From Camelus ferus (Eukaryota), in the NCBI RefSeq assembly GCF_009834535.1, contig NC_045697.1, forward strand, positions 2,792,001 to 2,856,000: a DNA stretch of 64,000 nucleotides. Direction: 5' to 3'. Below are positions 1 through 12,100 of the stretch, one piece after another. Position 1 is the stretch's first letter. Each line of letters begins with the position of its first letter. A program made the translations under genes and the position numbers. The notes under the pieces were generated by a model that was not told where the DNA came from, did not search any database, and saw nothing but the letters and a program-made list of their open reading frames with translations.

Positions 1-57
1 GGAGCGAGAGATCGACCCAGGGGCCAGTTTAACCGGAAGCGCTGTCTCTCCTCACAG

Positions 58-154
58 GTTTGCCCTGTTCCACAAGGTGAGAATTCCTCGCCAGGACCTG
101 CTGAACCGCACGGGCGACGTCACCCCTGAGGGCGCCTACGTCTCCTCCTTTAAG
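58..154 (+). CDS. ACOX3: ACOX3 internal exon (probably exon 8 of 18), 97 nt
   Basis: ctcacag|G TTT GCC...TTT AAG|gtagtg; reads [32 protein letters not shown]. Confidence 0.93.
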
Positions 155-3100
155 GTAGTGGTGCTTCCAGGCAGGGCAGTTTGTGGGTGACGAAGCCGTC
201 CCCACCACGCCCACCAGACCCCAGGCCCCCTGTGCTCAGAGAAGGGGACGGGCCACGGGAGCCGCTGGCGGCCCTTGCGAGCCTGTCCAGATGCAGGTGC
301 AGATCGGGGTCGGCCGCCCCCAGGGCCCCAGGCACAGTGACAATCCCTCACACGCCTCCGCCAGCCCCCCAGGGTCACGGTTAGGGAGGCTGCCCCCACC
401 AGTGCTGTTTCCCACCGGGGGCTTTGAGGTGAAGGGTCGCCTGCTGGGCCGTGCACAGCCACAGTGACAAACAGCAGTCTCTGGTGTCTGGGGCTGACCG
501 CACCCCGGCGTGCAGTAAGCATGTTGAGATTTATAACACATTAAAAATAGGTGCACCTGGGCAATTACCCATTTTAAAAGACCACAGAGAACAGCAGATG
601 GTTATCACACCCCTTAGAGTGGTTGTTTGAGGGGAGAGAGGAGTTCCAGGGGGGTGGGGAACGGAGCCCATTTCATAAACAAACGTGGGTGCAGCTGGGC
701 ACTCTGTCCCTGGTCCCCGCCTTGCCTGCAGCCTGAGCTGTGTCTGGTTCTCGGTGGGGTCAAAGAGCAGGGCTTCAGGACCCCCAGGTGGCAGCCTGCA
801 GGTCCCCATGCCACTGTGTGTCCCCCGTGCCACCCACACCATCCCAGAACAGTTCACAGGACACCAGCCCTCCTTGCGGCTCGGCCCGCCTGGGCCTGGG
901 GGTCTGTGTCTGGGTGCCCAGTGCGGGGCCGGCAGTATTGAACCAGTAAAGGAGTGCTCCCCCCGTCCCCGTGCCTGTCCCCCAGGCGACCGTCGATGAT
1001 CCAACATTAATCTGCATTCCCCCGCAGGACGTCAGGCAGCGCTTCGGAGCATCTCTGGGCAGCCTGTCCGCAGGCCGGGTCTCCATTGTGGGTATGGCCG
1101 TCACCAACTTAAAGCTGGCCGTGTCCATAGCACTGCGGTTCTCAGCCACCAGGCGCCAGTTTGGACCGACAGGCGAGGAGGAGGTACCGGTGCTGGAGTA
1201 TCAGATGCAGGTGTGGGTTTCACAAGTGTGGCTTCCCTTTCCTTCTGTCCTGCAAGCAGAGACCTGCTCCTGTGGGAGCTGCAGCTCGGTTACCGGGAGC
1301 TGAGCTGACTCAGGCCGTTAGCAGGGTGAGCGCAGGCAGCTGCGGGGAAGGAGTGGAGCATCTGGGATGCCAGTGGTCTTCGTTCACGGTCTTCAGTTAA
1401 CAAGGGGTGTGTGCAGGCAGCCTCGGTCAGGGACCTGGGTTGGCGCCCGGCAAGAGATGGGCGTGCATGCTCTCCCCGCTTACGGGGAAGACCCTGCACA
1501 TCCAGGCCACGCTCCCACGCCCTCACCCCATCCCTGAGACGCAGCCCCAGGTCACAGCCGCCAAGGGTCCCGCCCAGTTCATGGTGACATCCTTAGCAGA
1601 GGGGACACTAGTCCTTTGATGGCAGAGCTGCAGCCCCGGCTGAGCATCACCCAGGTGCCTGGATGGGGTTGGGGATGCATTTTATCACAGTGATGCCTCT
1701 GCGTCCCCAGCCCTTCCACACACACCGCCCGCATACCTGGTCCTCACAGCAGGCTGTTTGGAGTGACCACCCCGATGACCCCTGTCAAGAATTAGCAGCT
1801 AAATCAGGCCCAGGTCTTGGGCCAAGGTGTATTCAAGTGAAACTTCAGGAACTTTAACTGAATCGCATTTGGTCCTTTTCACACTTCTTTTAATACAAGT
1901 AAGTAAGGAAAAGCCCTGGTTCATACCTGGGCGACACCCAGGACCCACCATCCCACTGACCCGTGGCCTTTGTGAGGTCACAGCGCACCTGACTGCTGGG
2001 CACCAGGCATGGGCCCGGGGTTACGAGAGCCCCCGAGAGCCACGTGCTTGGGCTCCCAGCCCCAGGTCCACCCTCTCCCTGCTGTGTGCCCTCAGGCAAG
2101 GCACTGAACCTCTCTGTGCTGCACTTTCCTCATTTGTGAATTGGGATTGGCTGTAGTACCTCTTCATGGGTGGTTGTGAGGGTTGGATACGTTAGTGCGT
2201 GAGGAGCAGCTGACGCCATGTCCGCGTCCAGCAGACGGTAGAGGATGGTGGTGCCGGCAGCTGGTGGTGGTTGCCCGGGTCCTTCCCGGCTCCCTAGCCT
2301 CCATCCGCACAGCAGTGGGTGTGCGCTGGTGAAAGAGACGTGCTCCCTCCAGCTCTCCATGAGCCTCAGCTCCCCCGTCGGGCCTGGGGCGATTGCTTCA
2401 GTCCTCGGGCGCTCAGGAAGCTCAGGGATTGCCTGGTGGGCCTCACACTTGGTGCAGCAGCCTGGCTTCCTTGGTCCCGTGTAGGCTGCATTTAGTCCGG
2501 CCCAGTGGCCACATTGGTGACATAGCGGTGGGGGGGTGAGCAGGGCGTTGAACGTGGCACAGATGTGCCTTGAGTGGGGTCGTTGGGGTGGAGGGGGAGC
2601 ACTGGCTGGGTTGGAAGAGCCTTGGGGTCCAGGCTTCATGGCGGTGGGTGCCAGAGATGTGCAGGACCTTCTGCATTTGCCTGGGACAGTGGACGGGGGC
2701 TCCTGGCGCGCCCGTCCTGCACGGCCACCCCGGGAGGCACGGGTTCTCAGGAGGCTTTGCCGGTGTGCCGACAGCGGTTTTGTTCATTTCAGCAATGGCG
2801 CTTACTCCCGTACCTGGCGGCCACCTACGCCTTGGACCACTTTTCCAAATCGCTCTTCCTGGACATGGAGAAGCTTCAGCACGGCCTCCTGGGGAACGAC
2901 CAGAGTGCCACGCAGGTGAGAGCTGCGCCCGCTCTTCTCCACAGTCCTGATCGTCGTTTAAATGTCGCCGGGGTCCACAGTGTGGCTTCGCAGGGACGCA
3001 TTCCTTCCGTTGTGTGCACCCACGCAGACCCTCAGAGTCCTGGCCGTCATCTGGACGCGCTGGGCACGTGTCCGCATCCCCGTTCCTCAAGGATGTGCTG

Positions 3101-6100
3101 ACGCGACTCCCAGTTCCCGTCTGTGAGTTCAGCTGCTGCTCCCCTCTTGAGAACTTGATGGTTTTGCACAATCCACATTGCTGGCCCCTCAGTAGATTTC
3201 ATGGTTCTGATCTTTTGTAAACAACCCTACAAAGGTTGGGCTCCAGCTGACTAGATTTGAGTTGACAGGCGAGGCTTTGTGCCAGAGATGAGCGTGCAAA
3301 TCCCCTGGGATCAGCCCCGACGTGAAAAGGAGTCCTTGGCTCATTTCTGTGTGGACGGTTCACAGATTGATTTTCCGCGGCCGCCTCGTGCTGCCTCCTG
3401 GGCAGAAGTGAAGTGTGAATCACAATAAACGCGTTTGAAAACTGATGAGAAATGCTGCAGATGGGGGTGTGCCGCACCCTGAAAAGCCTGTGTCAGATCA
3501 GCGCATCTTGGAAAACTCAGCATAAACATGCAGGCGTCGTGAGGTTGTGGGGGCGCTGGGAGGCCAGCAGGGTGCGCTGCGGAGCAAGTCAGGCCGGCTT
3601 GCTGGTCCGCGAGGACCTTTCCATCAGGAACACGGCTATGCGTGTTCCCCGAGCGCGAGTCATTGAAGCTTTGGCCAGCTGACATTGGAATCGTTCTGTT
3701 AGTAATGTTGTGAAGTGTAGTTAACCATGCCCTGTTCTTTCTGAAGCTCAGAGGTTTAACCCAGGCACAGGTTAAAGGAGCCCTCGTTGGAAGCTGTAAA
3801 CACTGCTGAGGTGGATCGTGTTAGCAGGCACGTGTGCGTTTCTCTCATAACCCTTTTTATTAAACATCGAGTCAAAGCGAAAGAATATTTACCAGACGTG
3901 TCAGGAGGGGAGGCTGGGCAGGCCCCCTGCAGATAGGGCAGTGGGTGACCTGGACTGCGGTCCTCGGGGGCCAGCGTGCCGGCACCGCCCCCCAACCGCC
4001 GCGTTCCTTCCTGGTCTCAGCAAAGACGCCCGGCACTTGGGGTCACACTGTGAGCCGAAGTCAGAACAGGTTCTTCTATGACCAGCCTTACCCCCCGGGG
4101 CACGCCTGCCGGGCCGAGCTTGGTCCTTTATTTTCATTGCTGTGAAATTACGTGTGTCCATTCTTAGATGAATCCTATTTCTTTTAAGCTAAAATTGGGT
4201 TTCTTTCTTTTGTCGTTGCCGAGTGTCTCGGATTAGCCTGGAGGGGACGAAGGCCTCTGATGCTTGGGTGGACCTGACCCCGACCTCTGGTGTCGGGGCC
4301 TCTTTTCACTGTTCTGTTGGCTTCCCTCCCCCAAGGCAGAGCTCGGACGTGAGATCCATGCCTTGGCATCGGCTGGCAAGTCCCTGGCCTCGTGGACTGC
4401 CCAGCGGGGAATTCAGGAATGCCGGGAGGCGTGTGGTGGACACGGCTATCTGGCCGGTAGGTTTTGGAGACACGTGGGGCAGCTTTCTCTCCTTACCCTT
4501 GCCATGGGACTCATGACCCGGGGTCAGCAGACTACAGGCTGTGGGCCAGAGCCCGTTTTGTGCATAAGGTTTTATTGGCACCTTGGCCATGCCCAGTGCG
4601 TACACATTTCCCCTGGCGGTGTTCCCACTCCGACACAGAGTTGAGTGGTTGAGACAGAGCCTCCCACGTTTACTGTCTGGCCCTTTCCGAACAAGTGAGC
4701 CGACCCCTGCCTTCATCAGGTCTCTCCACTCTGATGCCTGATGCTCCTCGGTCAGAATCCGCAGACCGTGACTGGGCTTGGAGAAGCTGTGCAAAGGGGC
4801 CGCTGAAAACCGGAACAGAAAGGAGCCCATCTGTTCATTTGAACTGAAACTTTTAGTTTAACTGACTTGGCAGTAACCTGGCATCGAGTTTTGTTCTGAT
4901 GAAAAATTCTTAAACTTAGAAAAAGAGAGCTTTTATTGGCCTTGGCAGCGTGTGGGCAGCTGGTAGGTGGTTAAGAGATTGGGCGGCCGCCCCCCGGGAC
5001 CAGATCCTGGCCCTGCTGCTCACTAGCTGTGTGACCCCGGGGCAGCTGCCAGCCTCTCTGTGCCTCAGCCCTATCTGTGACGGGGGGGTGTGCACAGCAC
5101 AGGTGCCTGCAGTGAGTGAGTGAATTAATGCACACCAGGTGTTAGCAGTGTCGAGCACGTAGCATGTGCCCCGTTACTTTTATTATTACTGTTAGTGTTA
5201 TTATTAATGTCATCATTATTTGCAGCCTTCCCGCCAGACTTCCTGCGTGCTCATCTTAAATAACTGGTTGGTAAAGTCTGGTTACTCAAAGAAGGCCACG
5301 CACACCTTCCAAGTCACAGAATTGGCAGGAACCTTATTGACAGTTTCCACAGAAGCCTTTTAGGCGCTTGCTGCGTTTGAGCGTTCCGATGCAGCTCTGT
5401 AGATAATCTTGCGCTTCTGGCGAGGATGTGTCCCAGTCACCCCTCGCGTGGGGGCGGCGGACAGGGTGGCCTCTCGGCTCCTCCACGCCCCACCTCTCTC
5501 TGTTACTCACGGGCGGGTAACCGCAGCGCGGCAGAAGTCACTTACTCATTTATGTGTTTCGTCCTCTGCGCAGTGCTCTTAGTAGGTTTTGTTTGTTGTT
5601 AGGGCTCACAGAGACGCTATAAATAGTTCAGAATGAGGCACTTGAATCATGTAGCCCGGCAGACAACACGAATGACTAAAGCAAGTGTCATCACACTTAC
5701 AGACGCTCGGCTTAGCCATTGAGGCCGAGCTCAGCAGGGATGAATGTAAAGCCCTTTATCTAGGTTTAAACATCAATCGAAAGTTATTTCCCAGAGGTTG
5801 CTCTCAGTGGCCTACTGAATGGGGATGCGGCAGCGAGTCAGGGGAAAGCGATCAGGGTGTCACAGGTGACCACAGCCTTGTGTCTCTGCAGAATGTCTTA
5901 CACTCCCTCGGGCTCTGCTCACAGCAGTATGTGAGTGTGGGAAGTGAGGGTCCCATCCGATTCCCTGCTGGCTTCCCCACCACTTTTGGAGAACATTCTC
6001 CATTAGAGGGTGAAGACCCAGGACGTGGGGGTCTGGGTAGCATGGCTTATAAAGTCTGAAGAGGAACTGGGTTATTCAAGGGGCAGGAGAGAAAACAAAA

Positions 6101-9100
6101 GAACAATGAGACTTGTCTTCAGGTATTTGAAATCTCTTGTGTAAAAAGGTTTCCTTTAATCGTGGGAGAAAGAAGGCCGTCCCCCTCGCAGGGAGTCAGC
6201 ACCTCTGAAACGGTCCGGGTCTGGCAGGGCCCCACTCGGGGAGCTCTGCCGGGCAGCCTGTGAGGCCGTGGCAGCAGTGAGGACGGTGGTGTCGCTGAGC
6301 GCGGCCCTGGGAGCCGCCCCCTTCCCTTCCCAGCGGCGACCGTGCCACGTGGTCACGGGTACGCCCTACAGGGGGAGCACCTGGGCTGAGAGGATGAGCG
6401 GGCGCCCCGCCGGTGGGGGGCGGGGCGGGGCCGGGCACCGGGCCACGTGCCCTGGCAGTGACAAGGGCGCGGCGGCTCCTTGCAGTGAACCGTCTGGGCG
6501 AGCTCAGGAACGACAACGACCCCAACTGCACATACGAGGGAGACAACAACGTGCTGCTGCAGCAGACCAGCAACTACCTGCTCAGCCTGCTAGAGCGCCG
6601 CGGCCCAGGTGAGGCCGGCCGCTGGGGGGCGGCGCAGCGGGCGGGCGGCCCCAGCCACACACAGCCCGCCCCACGGCCCCGGCCGCCCCGTCAGCCCTGC
6701 AGTCAGGATGGCCCCTGTGTTTACAGGAAGGAGACGTGTGGTCAGATGGGGAGGGGCCAGCCCCCGCGTGATGGCTGGGGGCGGGGTCCTGGCTCTCCCC
6801 AGAGTCACTGGCTGTGCTTCTAGGTGGCCCTCGCGTTGAGAGCCCTCTGAAGACTGTGGACTTTCTGGAATCCTATCCCAACATCCTTGGCCGGAGGTTC
6901 ACAGGCCCCAGCCCTGAGGACTGCTGGGACTCCTCAGGTAAGTACACGCCTGCCTGTCTCTCTGCCCCAACTCCGCCCCTCCAGGTGCACGGTGCCCGGC
7001 TAGGGCCCTGGAAGCAATCTACTGGTTTATTCCCTTGTTTGTTCAATAATTCATCCATGGAGCAGCTCCTGTGCCCAGCGCTGAGTCAGTGCTGACTCCA
7101 GGGTTGGAGTGAAGGGAGTCCACCCCCCTCCAGGGTATAGCAAGAGGCCTCCGGGTCCCAGATCCGCCTTGCCAGGCAGCCTTGGTCCCACCCGCCACTC
7201 CTGTGCCTGGGTTCTCGTCACAGGAGGTTGGGTGTCCCGCTCGTGGTCCATGCCATACACTGTCTCTGGGCCTTTGCACATGCCAGGCTTTTCATTCTGG
7301 TCCTGGCCTCCCTTCTGTCTGCCCCCCTGACCAGCTTCCTCCTCAGTTCTCTGCACACCTCAGATCTGGACCTGAGCCTGCTGCATCCAAAGCTCAGGAT
7401 CTCCTGTTACGGCCCCCAGACGCTTGGTAATGGGTGGTCGAGGGAGACGTCACAGGAAGAACAGGGTTGGTGACCCCCCCCCCCCAGGCTTCTGAAGGAT
7501 GAGCTTTCCTCCTACAAGATCCCACTCGCTTTCCGGTCAGATCCCTTATCAGAAATAGCAGACTGTGGCCAGGTCGTCACTCCGGTGGGCGTGTTTCGTG
7601 AGCACACCTCCCTCTGCCACCCAGGGCTCCTCTGTGGTCCGGGGCTGACCCCTAGGCGTGTGCCCCCAGCAGGCGGGCAGAGGCGGACCCTCTGGCAGGT
7701 CACCCAAGGAGCTGGAAAGGCAGCCCCCCTGCCAGGAGACCGAGTGCACCTGGGACATAGGGCAGGGCCCCCACCCTACTGCGCCGGGCTCCCGTCTGCA
7801 CTGCGGGGTGATGACAGCTGTACCTCTGCAGTGTCTGTGGGGACCAGCCAGGGACGCAGTGCACTCAGGTTGGCACTTGGCACCATGCGAGGTCTCAGGA
7901 ACGGCCCTTGACATTTACAACATGGCCCAAGTTACAGTTTTCATCACAGAAATTACTGTCAATAGCTGTACATCCCCCTGAACGCCGTTATCAGAGAGCA
8001 CCTGGCTTTGCTGTCAGGAGACCCAAGTGTGCGTGTCCCCTGGGGGCCTGGGGGGCCTAGATCCTGTGGGTGAAGGAGCCGCCCCCTCCCTTACTCGGAG
8101 GACAGAGAGCACATGACACATCCGAGCAGCTGAGGGTGCTGGGCACGTATCTCCCGGTGGCCCTGCAGGGCTGCACTGCTGCTCACAGCTTCCAGAAGGG
8201 AGGCCGTGGTCCAGTCCCCCTCCATCCCCCTGAATCCATGTCAGCGGCCGGAGTGAGCACAGAACCCAGGCTGGGCCGGCCTCCCCGCCGTCTCTCCTCC
8301 ATCTGCAGCCCCAGCCAGCAGCGTACCTGCTAGTAACAGCTCCGTTTCCCTCCCCGCACTGTGTGACAATTCTGACAATCAGCAGCCTTTTTTATCTCAC
8401 TTCTTAAAGTGCTAAGAGGAAGCAGGGACCGCTTGGAGGTCTCTTCCTGCTGGTCACGCAGCCCCCTAAGCGTCGTGCAGGAAGCACCAGGGAGTGACGC
8501 AACCATCCTAATGTCAACCCAACCGGGATTTTCTCCCCTAAAACCATCACCCGTTGTAAAATGAGACAGTAAACAAGTGGTCTGCCAGCGCTGTGACACG
8601 GCCACCGTGCCCGCCCGGCCCCTGCCTGGCCCCCGCCTGGCCCCCGCCTGGCCCCTGCCTGGCCCCCGCCCCTCTCCCCGACACCATTAGAGCCGCAGCT
8701 GCACTGTGGGCCGGTGTCAGGAAGAACGCCAGGGCAGCGTCATCTGTTTTTCCTGTGAGCGCTCTAATTTTGCAAGAGCCAACAAAGCGAAAACATTTTC
8801 TGGAGGAGAGGACGCAAGTAAAACTCATTTGGCACCAGGGGCCTGGCATCAAACACGGCTGTTACTCCCCACGCGGAGGAGGGAGCCCGCGGCACGTGGC
8901 CAGCCCCTCGGCCCCAGGCACGTGGTCATCAAATCCCAGACCTCGGGCTGGCCTGTCTCAGCTGGGTCTGGGGCAAAAATGACCTAGATGACGTATGACC
9001 CTCGGGCTCTGGAGGATGGGAGACTCAGGCCCTTCCCAGCACTGGACGCGGCCTGTTTGGACGTCAGGAGGTTTTCCTCTGGGGATTCAGATGTGTATCT

Positions 9101-12100
9101 GGGGAGGGAGGGGCAGGCACGGGTCCTCGGCTCCTCTGATCCTCGCACTGAGGATGTGTGTGCACTGAGGATGGGTTTAACAAGTGGCCCCGAACACCGG
9201 GGACCTGCGTGTCACTTAATATCATAAGGCCTTTCTCTTTCCTTGAGTTAGCTCGCTCTCGAAAATACTAAACAATTGGAGCTTTTGCTTCTCTGGCCAA
9301 AGGAAAAATGCAGGGCAGTGGGGTTGCGTAGCACCCTGTTTTCAGAGGGGCCCGTGGTGTGGGTGGCACGCCCAGGCTGTGGGTCAGCTGTGGGCCCTGG
9401 GCCAGATGCTGATCGGCCATTAAGGGGTGCAGAGGGGCACCGGGGGAGCCCCAAGGGACCCCGTGGTGCAGCACCTCAGAGGCCACTTCTGACCCAGGAG
9501 CTGGGAGGGACTTGAAGACTGAAGTTGAAGCAGTGTTTGTCCTGGGCCGTTCGCCACCCCCCAAGCGAGAGCGTTCCTGCCCGGCTGTGCCGGCTCCCCT
9601 GGCCTCCCCCACTCGGTTCTGTCCCCGCGGACCCCTCACGTCCAGGTGACTTCTCCAAGTGGTCCACACACCAGCCCCTGCTGGTACCTTCGTGTGTTCG
9701 CTAGGGGCTCAGCCCTGCCGTGTGAACACGTCGGAGCAGAGTGACGCACTTAGTAAAAACTTGAGAGCTGAAAGTGGAGTTTCCAAAGAAAAATGTTCAA
9801 ACAACCAAGGCATTGAAGCTGGCTTCTCTCTTGGAGCACAGACTGTGAGCTGGTCACCGACACCAGGCGCAGTGGGTGACGCTGCAGGCCGTCACCTGCC
9901 AGGGCAGCGTTTGGATGCGGCCCGGACAGCATGGTTGGTGCGTCGTAGGGTGGTCGGGCCTCTGCCCCGGGTACGCAGGTGTCAAAATGGGCCCCCCAGC
10001 ACCAGCACTGGCCCCAGTGTCTGCCTGCGTTTGCAGGGACGTCCTGAAGGGCGGCTCCAGAGTGCCCCGGGGCTGCCTGCGGCGTCTGTGCCCTACGCAC
10101 AAACTGGGTGCCGAGAACAGCAGGAACTGAGTCACATTGTGGACAGAAGCCCGCAGGCGAAGTGAGCCCCCGGCTGCACTCCCTCCAGGGGCTCCAGGGA
10201 GGGTCCTTCCTCGTCTGTGGAGCCCCTGGTGGCCACGGGCGTTCCTGGTCTCGTGGCCACATCACCCGGTCTCTGCCTCCGCCTTCGCATGGCCTCCCTT
10301 CTGTGTCTCCATCTTCCCTTCTGTCTCGTACGAGGACACTCACTGGATTTAGGGCCACCATGGTCCATGACGTTGTAATGTCATTCCATCTGCGAAGACC
10401 CTTTTCCTACGTAAAGGCCACCATGGTCCATGACGTTGTAATGTCATTCCATCTGCGAAGACCCTTTTCCTCCGTAAAGGCACGTTTGCAGGTGCGGGGA
10501 GACACGTGGATGTGTCTTTCGGGGGGGGGGCCACATTCAAGCCAGCACACCTGGCAGGCCTCTGAGAGGGGGACCGCATCCCAGCTCGCCTCCCCACCTG
10601 CCGCATGGGGCTCCCTCAGAACAGCTGTGTGAGCCTGGGCAGGCTGTTTGCTGCCTCTGAGCCTGCGTTTCCTCAGCCCTGAGAGGTGGTTCATGTGCTC
10701 TTTAATGGGATTCTCAGCTGTGCTGTGAGGATTTGCAAATACAAAGTGTGAAACGGGCAGGGGTCTGCAGCAGGACCCAGCAAGTACCATGCACCTTCTT
10801 CCCAGGGAACGGGCTGAGTGACTTGAAGGAACTCCCAGGTCCCCTGGGGCCTGGACGCCCCAGCACTGCGCCCTCTGCCTGGGTCAGCAGTGAAAGTGTG
10901 GACCTCGGGCCACACAGGCAGGTCAGACCCTTGCTGGCTCACCATGGGCCCGGGCGCCTCCCTGTGCCCCATGTGCTCAACGGAAGGGGTGGTGACCACA
11001 CTGTTGGGCAGGGTCTCCGGCAGTGACGGGACAAGGAGCAGGGCCCCACAGATGCAGGCACAGCACAGTGGCCAGGAGAGGAGGACGGCGGTCTCCATCC
11101 AGCCCTTTCCAGCCCGTCCCCCCTGCATCCCTGTCACGGCGCACCCTGCTCCGCAGCCTCCCTCCTCTGCCCAGCAGAGCCCCGGGAGGGACGGGCGAGT
11201 GGCAAGGTCTTGGGAGAGCCGCCCACTGCAGCGATGAGGTCCCCGGTCAGGTGGCTGGAGTGCGCCTTCCTCTCACCACCTGCCCACCATCTGCTGGGAA
11301 GTTGTCCTGCCATCCGTGCGACTCGGCGTTTCATCCAGACCGCGTAGCCATCTTATATAAATGAGGCGGTCATCACGCCTCGGACTCCATGGTTGCTAGA
11401 ACCGTGTAGAACTCGGGCCGGCCTCATGGCAGAGCCAGGAAACACCCTCAGCCGTGCTGGTCCCGGCCCGGCCACCGCCCGCTGCGGCCGAGCGCAGCTG
11501 CCCTCCCTGGGCCTCAGCCTCCCCGTCTGTAAATGAGCCCCACCCTGCTCGCTTCCACGAGGACTAAGTACTTGGAAAGGTCGGGGCCCCGCGGTCACTC
11601 TTCCCTGTTTCTCGTTTGAAGCCGCCCTGGCAGCGTACGAGTGGCTGGTTTGCTATCTGCTCCGGGAGAGTTACCAGAAGTTAAATCGAGAGAAGCAGTC
11701 TGGGAGCAGCGACTTTGAAGCAAGAAACAACTGTCAGGTATTCGTTTGTGTTACAAGTTGCTCTTTCTGTGATTTGTTCCTAATTCTTGCACTGTCGTGT
11801 CCTCAGTGAGATGCACCTCGGGCACCTGGCCTGACCTCTTTGCACCTCCCTTGCCAGACATGGAAGAGACTGTGGGCATCATACTAAGGTGCCCGACAGT
11901 GTCCATGGGCTGTGGAGGCCTGAGGCACACGGTGGAGCTGGGACGGGAGCCAAGATCCCTCCCACCAGCAGGGCGGTGGCTCGTCGACTCACGTGAGGGC
12001 ACGCCAGTGCTCCGCATTTGGTTTCTCAAGGTCGTCATCCCCCTCCCCCAGATGCCTGAGTGGAATCGGTCCAAGGGCCTGCGCTGGTTCTCACACTGGG

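Noticed and set aside
10353..10478. CRISPR-like or coding repeat ([18 protein letters not shown] twice)
   Set aside because: It is a head-to-tail duplication with no spacer, inside a mammalian LTR in an intron.
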